From contig WELB01000032.1 of the NCBI GenBank assembly GCA_009602725.1, positions 618,641 through 664,946 on the forward strand: a stretch of DNA of 46,306 nucleotides, written 5' to 3'. A program made the translations under genes and the position numbers. Below, in pieces: positions 1 to 11,030 of this stretch. Position 1 is the stretch's first letter, and every line of letters begins with the position of its first letter. Source of the stretch: Spirogloea muscicola. Taxonomy: Eukaryota. The notes below the pieces were generated by a model. The model was not told where the DNA came from. It did no database searches and saw nothing but the letters and a program-made list of their open reading frames with translations.

Positions 1-2203
1 CGCCGCCGGCGGTGACGGCGACCTCGCCGCCGCCGCGGGCGCCGCCGGCGCCGGCACTGGCAAGCTGTCGGCGGGGGGCTCCCGGCTGCCGACGTGGAAG
101 GAGCGCGAGAACAACAAGCGGCGGGAGCGGCGGCGGCGCGCTATCGCGGCCAAGATCTTCGCGGGCCTGCGCGCGCACGGCAACTACAAGCTGCCCAAGC
201 ACTGCGACAACAACGAGGTGCTCAAGGCCCTCTGCCTCGAGGCGGGCTGGACCGTGGAGGAGGATGGCACCACCTACCGCAAGGTGTGGCCTCGCCGCAT
301 CCATGTGTCATCGACGCGGCCGCCAGAGCTCCAAACACCGTCTCAACTCTTTCTGCTTGCCTCCTGGCCTGCCGGCTGGCCGCCTTGCTTGCCTGCACGC
401 CTAGCTAGCGACTCCAGGCGCAAGGCTTGTGCCGTAGCAGGCCGCAGCGCAGGCATGCCTCTGGGCGATGTGGCAGCGAGCAGCCTCGGCGTGGGCCGCA
501 GTCGGGTCTGTCTGAGCGATGCGGAGGAGCTCGCATAATGGCCGTCCGATGCTGCGCACAGGCCGCCATGCATGTCACTCGGGCTGGCACTCTAGCACCA
601 CAAGGGCGTGGCCAGGTCGCCGACACAACGTCTCACTTCAGCTGATGTTTCCCTGCTTTCCCGCCGCATCCTCCAGGATCGCTGGGCACCCGGCGAAGTT
701 GCCCCTGTACAGCAGCCGCCGGCCGGCCTTGGTACCTCCGCACATTGCCCTGCGGCGAATGGAGGCTCATTGGCGGCGGGCGCTCCTGTTGGGGCCTCAT
801 CGCCCGTGTCCTGGCTGCAAAGCATCACGTCTGGCGGCCCTCTGCCGCCTGTGCGGGCCCCGGCACCTCCCAGGTATGCAGCACTCGCCATTAAGGGTTT
901 GAGGGTGCTGCTCGGTCCTGCCGCTGCCCGTTTCTGCCTTGCGCCATGCTCATGATGGTGGTGCATGGGGCGTTTAGGTCATCACTACATGGCATCTGGC
1001 AGCTTGGGCAGCTGAGCTGCCATGATACATGCCATTCGCTGACCGTGTGGGGGCCTGCATGGGGAAAAGTATGGAACGCGCTGCTGCTGCTGGCAGTGCA
1101 TGCAGGGCATCTCGTGGTCGTGTCCCGTGCCAGCTGCTCGGCTCGCTGTGGTCTTCTAGATGCAGCCTGCATCAGGGCTCCCTCTCACCCGGGCCCCACC
1201 TTCGCCTGCCCTTGCAGCTCGCAGCTGCCGCCCTTCCATGCAAGCAACCTGGCCATGCCCGGCCCGCGCCTCCCAGCTGTCAAGATCGAGTGGGACGGGG
1301 GCAATCTCGGAGGAGCATCTCTTGGTGGTAGGACCTCATCCCTTGCTGGCCCGCGTGCATGTCAGGCCCCGCTTAGGTTTGTCATTAGGGCTCAGGCATC
1401 ACTGCGCAGGTGCGTGCATGTTGTGACATGAATACACTCCAGCTTATCAGCAGGGCCACGTGAGGGGCCTGGTCTTGTCTTGCCGCCACCTTTTGTGCAG
1501 CAGCGGCTAGTCAGCAGCTGTGGCAGGTAACATGAGCCACAGGGTCATGTCCCCATGGCGCCAGCTGCCAGACTAAACCTGACATGGCAAGGCATCTAGC
1601 TGACTAGCGTGTCGCTTCTCTTCTTGGGTACCCGCAGAGTTGAGCTCTAACGCCGAGCGGCAGCAGCAGCAGCAGCTACAGCAGCCGCAGCAGCAGCAGC
1701 AGCTACAGCAGCCGCAGCAGCAACAGCAGCAGAGGGTCAGGGCAGGAGGCAGCGCGCTGAGCGGCGCTCTGCCAATCCAGTGGCTGAGCCAGTCGAGCGG
1801 GGCTGCCCGAGCCCACCTCAGCAGCTTGCTGGCGGCAACGTCGCCAGACTCCATGCCGCAGCCGGATGCCGAGGAAGGCAACAAGCCCACAAAGCCTGTC
1901 CTGCCGCCCACCCCCTGGCCGGGAGCACCTCAAGCGGCACTCTCCCAGCACCACGACAGCAGAGACAATCTGAGCGCAGCATCATCCCCAGACGGCAAAC
2001 CGACAGCCCAGGCAGGGGACAGCTCCAGCAAGAAGCGCGACCGGAACAGCTCGCTCATCCCGTCCAACTGCAGCGCAGTGGCGTCCAAGTGGGCCGGCGG
2101 TGGCGGCATGGTGTCGACCAGCTGGGACATCGAGCAGCCGCGCAAGATGGCAATGTATGTTAATCCCGACGACCTGGAGTTGACTCTGGGCCGCGGTTGT
2201 TGA
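1..2203 (+). CDS. BZR1: BES1/BZR1-family transcription factor (5' partial, 4 exons seen)
   Basis: Frame from nt 2 gives [67 protein letters not shown], the BES1_N DNA-binding domain. In-phase GT-AG exons are <2-283, 677-873 (SWLQ..LPPVR), 1218-1327 (PAVKIEWD) and 1638-2203, ending in the EAR motif DDLELTLG. The symbol denotes the family, not strict orthology. Confidence 0.93.
1661..1732 (+). repeat. Coding CAG repeat (polyQ) with an exact 27-bp duplication
   Basis: cagcagcagcagcagctacagcagccg x2 followed by cagcagcaacagcagcag, encoding Q5LQQP Q5LQQP Q6. Confidence 0.95.
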
Positions 2204-2954
2204 GCGAGCATCCTCGGACTGCTGGCTCAAATATTGGCCACCCTTGTGCCGGTGGCTTTTACTCCACTTGTCTAACGATCAGCTAGTGCAGCAGGGTATG
2301 AGAAACTAGGGGACACGAAATCATCTTAGTCGAAAGTCTTTCATACCCGGCTGCACTGTCATAGATGAAGAGCGAGCTTGTCTCGAGCTGGGCTGTACTA
2401 CGCATTCCATCGCTGACTCTGCTCCCACACCGCAAAATTACTCTGAGACGAAAGCCCTCTGTGAGGGCAGAGCGCATGCGCCTTGACTGTAGGCACCTCT
2501 TTTTCCAGAACGCTGCTACCAGTCACTGCCGCTCAGTCACTGTGTAAAGGTGACCAATGGCACTTCAGGACGGTTGTCACAAACAGTGCAAATTCTGATA
2601 TCCTCAGGCATCTCAAATGCCTGCCATGTTCGAAGAGCAACAAGCAGCTTTGCTATGTCTGCACACATTGCCAAGCAACGGCTGCTGGATGGCCACTGTT
2701 GCAAGTTGTTGCATGCCTGATGGCCATTCGTGCTTCAAGTGGCCGTAATTACTTATACGACAACCACGACTTATAGGTGAGCTTCTCTTACTCCAACGAA
2801 CATTGTCAGGGTAATATAAGATCTTCAGGATTGGTAAAGAACCACAAGTTGCCTGCAATTCCAAGACGTTCCAGGGTAACAACACACGGCCATCCTTAGA
2901 CCAAGCAGTGTCATCAAGGCATGGTTGGCGGCCAGAATGGCCACCCAGCAACTG

Positions 2955-4833
2955 TCATTCACCATCTTCAGAGTCGTCGTGCTCCTGGGCGAGGCCGTCC
3001 ATGTCACCATCCATGCCATCAAGCTCAAAGTCCTGCGAGTAGTCAGTGGCAGACATTGCAGGTACTTCACATCATGCGCATGTGGCCAGCCAGCACTGTG
3101 GCAGGCATCTTTGACGTGAGCCGAGAGATGACCTCATGCAACATACTTGTGGGCCAGGCAGATTGCAGAAAAGGTGCGAGGTGCTGAGGTTCTAAGTAAA
3201 GAGCAACCGTACTGGAGCCTTATCCCAGTCCTTGAGTTTAGGCTTGCCCAGCAGAAAGCTGTCCTGCAGGACAGCCCATTGAGGCTGCGAGCTGATGTTC
3301 TCCTCCTGTTAAGAATAAACCATTGCTTCACATGAGCTTGACAGTCTAGCCGATACCCGCCACTGGACGAGCGCACCATGGCATGGGCTTGTCTTGAAGA
3401 ACTGAGACACTTGCAGCACATGCCTCATTGTGGACTGTCGACAAATCCATCACCTTCTTAGCCGACTCGCGGCTTCCTTGGAGCCCGGATTGTAGAACTG
3501 TTTGGCTCAGCTCCAAGGCCGCTGCGCATGATGGAGAGCATGCAGCGCACGCTGTTGTTGAGATAGGCTCAAGCACGCAGCGAGTGAAGCACCGAGAGAG
3601 AGCAGACCATCACACTTAGCACAGCCGAAGTTGGTCACTGACCTTTGCGTGTTTGACTGTCTGCACCCAATGCCTCCTCGTGCACTTTCTGGGCCTTGGC
3701 AACCTGAGAGAGAAGAACATGGTGCAGCTTTAGCAGGCTTCGTCGAGCCTGCACAGACACGAGGTGACTTGATTGACGTGATTGTAGCGATGCAGAACCT
3801 GTGCAGCTCAGCTTAGCCTGCAGCCTGCAGAACCCACAAGAGGCCTTTCGAGCAAGGCAGCGCTCTCACCGAGTTGAACAATCGGACGACTGGAGGAGCA
3901 AAACATGGATGAGCGCCGGATCACAGCAGGCACAACAAGCAGCAGCACTGAAGGCTCAGTAAGCAATGACATTCGTTCATTGCAGGCTCTTCTGTGCAGC
4001 TGCATTGTGGACCTCAAGCCATGCATCAATCGGTTGGCCGATGCAAGGCAGAGAGCAGTGAAGAGAGATCTGCACACGGGTGTGCCATGCAGTCACCCCA
4101 CGTCAAGCTGACCCCTCGTGTCGATATTAGCTATTGACCATGGTCGAGAATTTTGCAAGTAGCTAGGCATCAGTAGCGAGGTGGACTGCGAGAGCACAAG
4201 GATGCAGCACCTCCTCTCGTTGCCAGTCTGTGAAGCTCCTTCTCCGTGCCGTCGGTGATCGCCGCCGGCAGGACATGGGCCTTCTCCCTGACCTGCGAGA
4301 CAGCAGCACAAGGTACCAGCGTCGGGCGGTGCCAGTGAACCATCTTCCAGCAAGAGCAGGTCACTTGTACTAGCTCTCATTCTAAAAGAACCTGACCGTC
4401 AGTAATAGGGACTACATCGGTGGTAATTGATGCAGATACACTGGTTAGCATCAGGCCAGGCAGCCGGCGTGGAATGGGAGGCGTATCGGCGCTGACCTCG
4501 AGGGCCTCCCTCCTCGACTTGCTCCGGCCCTTCCTCAGCTCCCCCTCCTCTCGCAGCTTCTGCGCCAGCTCCCTCTTCTGCGACGCCAGGATGGGGCCCT
4601 GCAGTGCAGCGACGCCCAGGCCAGCCATGGCGCGCCTCCATGCCGCTGAGGCTCCCTCAAAGGCGCGAGAGCTGGCACAGAGCATCCGCTGAGGAAAGAG
4701 AGCTCGCTGCCAGACCTCGGCGCCGGGCGCGAGGCGGCGGTGCATGATGCTGGCGAACGCCTGCGCGTGCGCGTCCTCGGGCGACGGCTCTGGCGCCGGC
4801 ACGGCCTCCTCGGCGGCGGCGGCGGCGGCGGCN

Positions 4834-4875
<42 letters not shown>

Positions 4876-4980
4876 CGCGTCGTCGTCGCTGCTGTCGAAG
4901 CGCGCCAGGTCGGCGGTCGCCGCCGCGGAGCGCCTCGGGGCCCTGGCCCGGGGCCGCAGCTCGCGCGCGCCGGCAGCCAT
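2955..4980 (-). CDS. RRP15: RRP15-like ribosome biogenesis protein
   Basis: Spliced product reads ATG 4980 ... GPILASQKRELAQKL / VREKAHVLPAAITDGTEKELHRLATRG / VVRLFNS / VAKAQK ... / QWAVLQDSFLLGKPKLKDWDK / acidic tail DFELDG..EDGE* (stop 2955-2957). ATRGVVRLFN and W-VL-D-F--G--KLKDWD are hallmark Rrp15 motifs. Exon 1 is interrupted by N+T42. Confidence 0.88.
4833..4875. other. N followed by 42 T; probable assembly gap or low-quality fill inside RRP15 exon 1
   Basis: The homopolymer abuts an N within otherwise very GC-rich sequence, and the reading frame changes across it. Confidence 0.7.
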
Positions 4981-5047
4981 GGCTGCTCTCGAGGCGGACG
5001 GAGGAGGGAGGGGAGGGAGGGGACTTAGCCGCCTGCAACTCGGGCCG

Positions 5048-5080
5048 GGGTTTAAGGCCCCTCTGCTGGGCCTTAAACCC
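5048..5080. promoter_or_regulatory. Palindromic telo-box-like / site II element in the RRP15-FCF1 divergent promoter
   Basis: GGGTTTAAGGCCC-ctctgct-GGGCCTTAAACCC is a perfect 13-bp inverted repeat. It contains TGGGCC (site II) and AAACCCT (telo-box core). Confidence 0.6.
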
Positions 5081-5266
5081 TGTCGCTCGCTCTCTCACTC
5101 TCCCCCCCACCCCACGTCCCTGCCCGAGGTCCGAGTCGGAGCTCCACACCCCCAGCGCGGCGCCGCCTTTCCCCCAGAGGCGTGCCTTCGGCTTGCCCTC
5201 GTCCGCCTCCCTCTCCTGCGCAGCTGGCCAGCGACAGGCGCGCCGGCGGCCGCGGCGGGGTGCCGC

Positions 5267-7660
5267 ATGGGCAAAGCGCGGCGCACGCGCAAGTTCGCGG
5301 AGGTCAAGCGCGTGCTGAGCCCTCGCGAGGCGCGCGCGTGAGCATTCCTTAGATCCGAAACCCCACTCTTCAAACCCCCTTCCTCCACCACTTCCTGGCG
5401 CGTGCTTGGCTCCTCCTCCTCCAGCTCGTTCCTTCTGACCCCTGCGCTCCTCTCCCGCTTCCCCTCTCGCCTTTTGTTGCTCTGGAATCGCCGCCCCCGT
5501 ACCCATCTCCTCCTTCCCTCTCCTTCCCTCTGCCCTCTCTCTTGCCCTTGCTCGTGCTCGTCAACGCCTACCCCTCCTCCCCACCTCACAACCCGGTCCA
5601 CCACCTCCATCTCTGTGTCCGCCGTTGGCGCCACTCTCACTGTGTGCACCACCACCTTACGCGGGCCTGCATCCGCAGCCCATCTTCCACATCAGTCCCT
5701 CGTGGGCTGTTCCTTGGTTTCCGGTGGTGGCCCTACTTGCCAGTCCACCCCACCTGACTTGCGCAATTCTCCTGCAGCCACCAGAGGCAAGTTCAGCCTC
5801 CCAGCAGCGGCAGCGGCGCCGCCTTGGCGTCGGCCGCTGCCAGCAAGCTGCCACGTAACTTGTGAGTGCGCAGCCGCATGGCCACCCCCGACCGCCCTGC
5901 CTTGACATTGTGGTGCCAAATCCTGTGTCCTCCTGTATCACCAGTGCCACTCACCCAAGAGGGTGTGAGCAACGCGCTGCAGCTCCTGCCTGACCTCCAG
6001 TCAGGCAATTTGTACTGTTGCTGCTGTCTCTCAAGTGCTCGCTCCGACGGCCTTCCCTTTGCCGCCGTGCAGGCCCAATACGCCAGCATCGCTCTTCTTC
6101 AAGTACAATACGGCATTGGGGCCACCATACCAAGTGCTCGTTGACACCAACTTCATCAATTTCTCCATCCAGAATAAGGTGCACTCTGCCACCCTCCCGC
6201 TGCCACCCATTCCTCGCGCCCTACCGTCTTCGCCCCTTAGCTTGCACTTCTTGACGGCTTGTCTCGTGCTTGTCATAGCAACCTCCTGAGCAGAGTTTGG
6301 CCTCCACTCCAAATGGTTGGGCTGTTGAAATAGTACGGGCGAGAAGCTGCTCTCACCTTGCCGACAAAATCTCGCTACTCGCTGCATCTGCATGGCACGA
6401 TTGTGCAGCTCGACCTGGAGAAGGCCATGATGGACTGCCTCTATGCCAAGTGTATGCAGTCAAGACTGTTCACCTTACTTTGCATTGTCATAGAGAGCAC
6501 CGAATATTTAGAGTTTGAAACCAGCTCTGAAAGCCTGTGACAGTAAACTAGACACTGTGAACGACGCCATCTCCCCAGAATGAGGTGCCTGTCCAGGCTG
6601 CCGGCTGGTGGGAAGTACTTGGACCGCAGATGTGAAAGGTTAACCTCCCGCGGCGTCGAGACCCTCGCCGCCAAGGATGAGGCGAGTTTCATTGTGCGGG
6701 CTCCACGCAGGCACTCCATGCATCACCGACTGCGTCATGGCGGAGCTGGAGAAGCTCGGGCAGAAGTACCGAGTTGCCCTCCAGTAAGCTCCGCTACATT
6801 GCATCGCCAGCAGGGCACACACTGCTCAAGCGTTTGACTACTGTTACTGTGCCACTGCGTGCCTGAGACATGCAACTTTGCCAGGTGCTGTGCCACCTTC
6901 ATGCACACTGATTGTTCCCCGTCTCATGCAGCATTGCCAAGGACGAGCGCTTTGAGAGGCTGCCCTGCACGCACAAGGGCACTTATGCTGATGACTGCCT
7001 AGTACAGCGGGTCACACAGGTGGGCAAAGGTCGACTTCAGAGCTTTGTTGCAGGTTTTACGGGTTGAGGAGGTAGCCACGCTTGCATGCTTGTAGTAAAG
7101 TCCTCTCTTTGCACGAACATGCTCTGTAGCTTAGAACTGTGCCCAAAGCTTGCTATCACTGACAAGGCCTGTTGTTGCCCTGTTGCTGCTTGCAGCACAA
7201 ATGCTACATTGTGGCCACTTGTGATCGCGACCTGAAGCGGCGAATACGCAAGGTTGGCTCGTGCCCACGCCACATCTCTCTGCCTCCACCTGCCGGGACT
7301 GGCTGCTTGTACTTTGTGCCTAGTGCTTGGTATTCTGCTTTTGTTATGTTCCAAAATGTGAGATTGATATCAGATCCTCAGGAAGAGCCAGCTATGGCTA
7401 GTGTCAATCTCATCTGGAACAACCTCAAGCAATCTGTATAGCTGATAGAGCCATCTCCTTGAGGCTACTCTCTTGAAAATGCTGATTGCAGCTAGTCTTT
7501 TGAGCAGTCCTGTGACTGACGAGCACTCACCTCTCAATGAATCGCTCAGATTCCAGGTGTTCCAATCATGTACATAACGCAGCACAAGTACTCCATTGAA
7601 AGGCTCCCCGAAGCTACACTTGGTGGAGGTTCTGACACGCTCCCTGTCACCTCCGCGTAA
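5267..7660 (+). CDS. FCF1: rRNA-processing PIN-domain nuclease FCF1/UTP24
   Basis: Exons 5267-5337, 5778-5861, 6073-6178, 6409-6451, 6711-6783, 6932-7019, 7196-7252 and 7550-~7660 give [120 protein letters not shown]. The last few codons are uncertain (possible extra intron). Confidence 0.95.
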
Positions 7661-8299
7661 GCTTAAGATTGATATTGGCAAGTCATGTGGAGGCAGGAGA
7701 GTCATGCTGAGTGGTTGCTGCGGCGCTTTTGTGGCATGCAGCCCCGCGGATGTGATCTGTGCTGGTGGTGATGCGGTCAAGGTGGAGGGACGTCTTGGGG
7801 ATGTAGCTATTGAGCTGCGCTACTTGCAGGCTGCGGACGCCTTCTAGTGTGGCCTGGAGCACGTCTGTCAACAGAGGGAAACATGCAAGTAGCCCATGGG
7901 TTGCTCTTGCCTCCGCCACAAACCGCACAAATCTAACATGCAGATGTATACAGCTGCACCTGCCCCGCTCGACACTGATGTATACATGAAGCTTAGCTAC
8001 ACAGCCTGCTGCTCCTCCGCTTGCACCTGTCTTCAGGGATAGTCAGCTAACCGGTCAGCCCGAGCAGTGTAACATACTGTGCCTCACTCTAGTATCTTGC
8101 TCTTGGTGGATGGAGCTTGCTCACACTCTGAACAGGCAAAGGTCAGTAATGTACAGATTGTTAGGTTGACACATGAGGTGTGGCCTCACAGCAAGCGGGT
8201 CAGCCCATGTCAGGCTGCGTGCAGCTGCCTCGCTCAGAGCGGACCTACGCCTCAGCCAGAAACAAGGGAATGGGGTGCTAGAGTCAAGGGGTCACAGCA

Positions 8300-10579
8300 T
8301 CACGTGTTGTAGCTCTCCTGCTTCACCCTTGCTTTTAGGATAGCCGGCGTAGGAATGGGCGAGTTCGCGCCCATGAGCCGGCGGGGGGCGGAGCTCGGTG
8401 AGTGCCACAGTGGGCGTGCCGCTGGCAGCCCCCCCGAGGGCGACGGCAGTGTGGGTGTAGGCATAGCTGCTGCTGCTCCCACCTCCGGCCGGCCGGGCCC
8501 GACAGCCTCAGGCTCCGTGCAGCATAGACCCATGGCTCGGAGCACGTAGTAGTCGTCCCTTAACTCGAATGGTGTGCTGTGAGACGTCAAATTGCCAGCT
8601 TCAGGCTCCTCGAGGAAGACCAGGTGCTGAAGTTGGCCGTCTGGCACTGCTGCAACACACACTACACACACTTCGCACACTACATGCCGCAGCTGCAGGA
8701 CGCTTAGTAATGAGTATTGCACCTGTTGAAGTCAAAGTGCACGAGTTGCATGTCCTCGGAGATCTCCACCTCCACAATAGCCTCTGGCCTTGTCTGCAGT
8801 TCACCTCAGTAAGACGGTCACGAGGGCTTGTAAGTGATGGAGGTGTAATCTCAGCTTGTGTTATGCACAAGCCTCATCTTGAGCACAAGGTCAAGGCTTG
8901 CCTTCCAGTGTCAATCTGGGTAAGCACAGCCTCAGGGACTGCATATGGTGGGGTCATATACAGTGCCCGAAACACACTTGCAGAGTGCAGCATCACGTCG
9001 GCCCCACACCTGCACTAGGAGGAAGGGCAGGGGCACCAGGCCTGCAGGCACTGCTCCTTCTCGCTGGCACGTCTCCTCGTTCCGCTGCACCAGGCCTTTG
9101 ATCCCCATAATCTGCACAGCACAGTTTCCATGCAACTCTGGTTGGAGCGGTGCGCCGAGAATGGGAAAGGCCTCGTTTGGCTTGCTCGGCCAGCCCAGGC
9201 ATGCGGCCTTTGCAGAGCTCTTCTGAAGCCTCCTAGGCTGCAATATGTAGCCCAGCTTTTATTATAGGCTGGAAGCGGGGAGCCTGTTGTACCTGCTCCT
9301 GCAGCTCTTCCAGCTGCACCGCCTTCTTCTCCAAGCGGTGCCTCGTACGCAGGTGCTCTGCCTGTGCACAAGTGCAGCTGTCCTGGTTGTCACCAGGTTA
9401 TCTGCTATGACAATGGCAAGGTGATTGGCCTCATCGTTCCCATACTACTTCCAATGTAAGTGAGAGTGTGGGCCACAGCCAACCTTCAGCTGCTCAGTGT
9501 CAGAGGACGTCGTGCTCGGCAGGCCCTTCCAATGGATCTCTTTCTTCTCCTTGGCAATGATGTCCATTGCCATGAGTACGTTGAGGGCATCGTACACGCG
9601 CCGACGGATGTTCTTCTCGTCGTATTGCTGCCACCAGCCATCAGGAATGTCCCCCAATCAAAAGTCTGCCTCGACAAATTCATGTGGGAGCGGAACTGTC
9701 AAGCACGAGGTGGAAAGTTGCAGATGACAAGCCCGCGGATTGTGCAAACACCTGGTCTGGGGAGAGAATCTCGCTGTCGGGGCCGGTGAACTCGGCCACC
9801 AACTCATCGGCGACCTGAGCCAGGAGACACACCAGCAGTTTGGGTGAGCCCCGGGACTGAGTGGGGCCACTGTTAGTCCACAGCCATCCCGACCTCAGGC
9901 AGGATGGCACTCAAGCTGGGCGGGTGGGACATATAAAGAGAGGTCTGGCTGCAGCTACTGCAATTGAGCTTGCTCTCTTTGATGAGGTGCGAGGGAGCTT
10001 GAGACGAATGGCGGGTGCTGAGAGGGGCGAGCGGCTGTGGAAGGCAGGCAGACTGGGGAACTGGGCGGTGTAGCTGCGGTCCTTGCAGGCTCCACGACCA
10101 TGAGGCTCAGGACCCATGCTCAATCGGCCCGCGGCAGCATTGGCTTGAGAAACGTGGTGCTCGATCTTTCGGGGTGGCTGCGGCTACGTCGCAGAAACGG
10201 ACGTGGAGGAGAAGGGCGGCATCCTGAGCTCCGAGTCGCGCGGCTGAGGCGGGAGGCGGAGGCTAGCGACGTGACACCGGCCGAGGGTTCCGCGTGGAGA
10301 AGCGGCTCACCTCGTTGTACGTGGTCCGGCCCTTGCTCTCCACCTTCTCGCACACTGAACAAGCACCGGGCGACGTGCGCCACGGCCGTCGGCGGAGGTC
10401 AGACGAGGCGCGGACGGGCGATGGCTGGGCCAGAGCTCTGGCGGGACGCGGGGCTTCGCGAGGCAGGAGGGGAGGAGGGGCGGACCTTTCATGCTGAAGT
10501 GGCGCAGGCCCTTGCCGTTCTTGTCGGCCATGGGAAGGGGGGGGGGGGGAGCTGCTGCGGCGGTGTCCACCGTCCGCAT
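8300..10579 (-). CDS. DP: DP transcription factor (E2F dimerisation partner)
   Basis: Exons encode [13 protein letters not shown] / [15 protein letters not shown] / VADELVAEF / [37 protein letters not shown] / LEELQEQ / GLVQRNE..LPFLLVQ / [23 protein letters not shown] / [16 protein letters not shown], ending in plant-type ILKARVKQE. The start codon is uncertain (10579 or 10531, or further upstream). Confidence 0.95.
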
Positions 10580-10621
10580 GGGCCGGGCCCGGCCGGTTGG
10601 CTCGTTCGAGGGGCGGCCGTC

Positions 10622-10629
10622 CCGCCAAA
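10622..10629 (-). promoter_or_regulatory. Candidate E2F/DP binding site TTTGGCGG
   Basis: Matches the TTTSSCGS consensus, about 45 bp upstream of the likely DP ATG. Confidence 0.4.
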
Positions 10630-11030
10630 ACCCCGGGGGCGCGGGAGAGCGGCGCCGGGGTTGCCCTTCCCGAGACGGCGAGACGAGACGAGGCCGGGCC
10701 GAGAGGGCCCTCGCCAACGACACAGTTGGTGGTAGTGGGCTTATCGGCGCTCCCCCCCCGGCTCTACGGAGCGCGCCGCGGGCCCGTCGCCTCCGCCGCT
10801 TTTCCGCTTTCCCCGCCGCTCCATAACTGCCGTCTCGCCGCCTCGTCGCCCGGTCGATGGGGAGGCCCCAAGTGGCCTCCGCCCCGTCGGGCGTCCCGCT
10901 AAGAGCGACCCGCCTCGTCGGGCCCCCGGCCGTCTGAGTCGCCATGGCCCCCCTCGTAGCCGTCGCCGCTCCGAGCTCAGTCCCCAGCTGCCCCCCTCCC
11001 CCGCAGGGGAAGGTCCCCCAGCCGCCCGCC

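Noticed and set aside
4657..5028. Poly-Lys and poly-Phe proteins in the ORF track
   Set aside because: They are products of the N+T42 tract, which is probably an assembly artefact.
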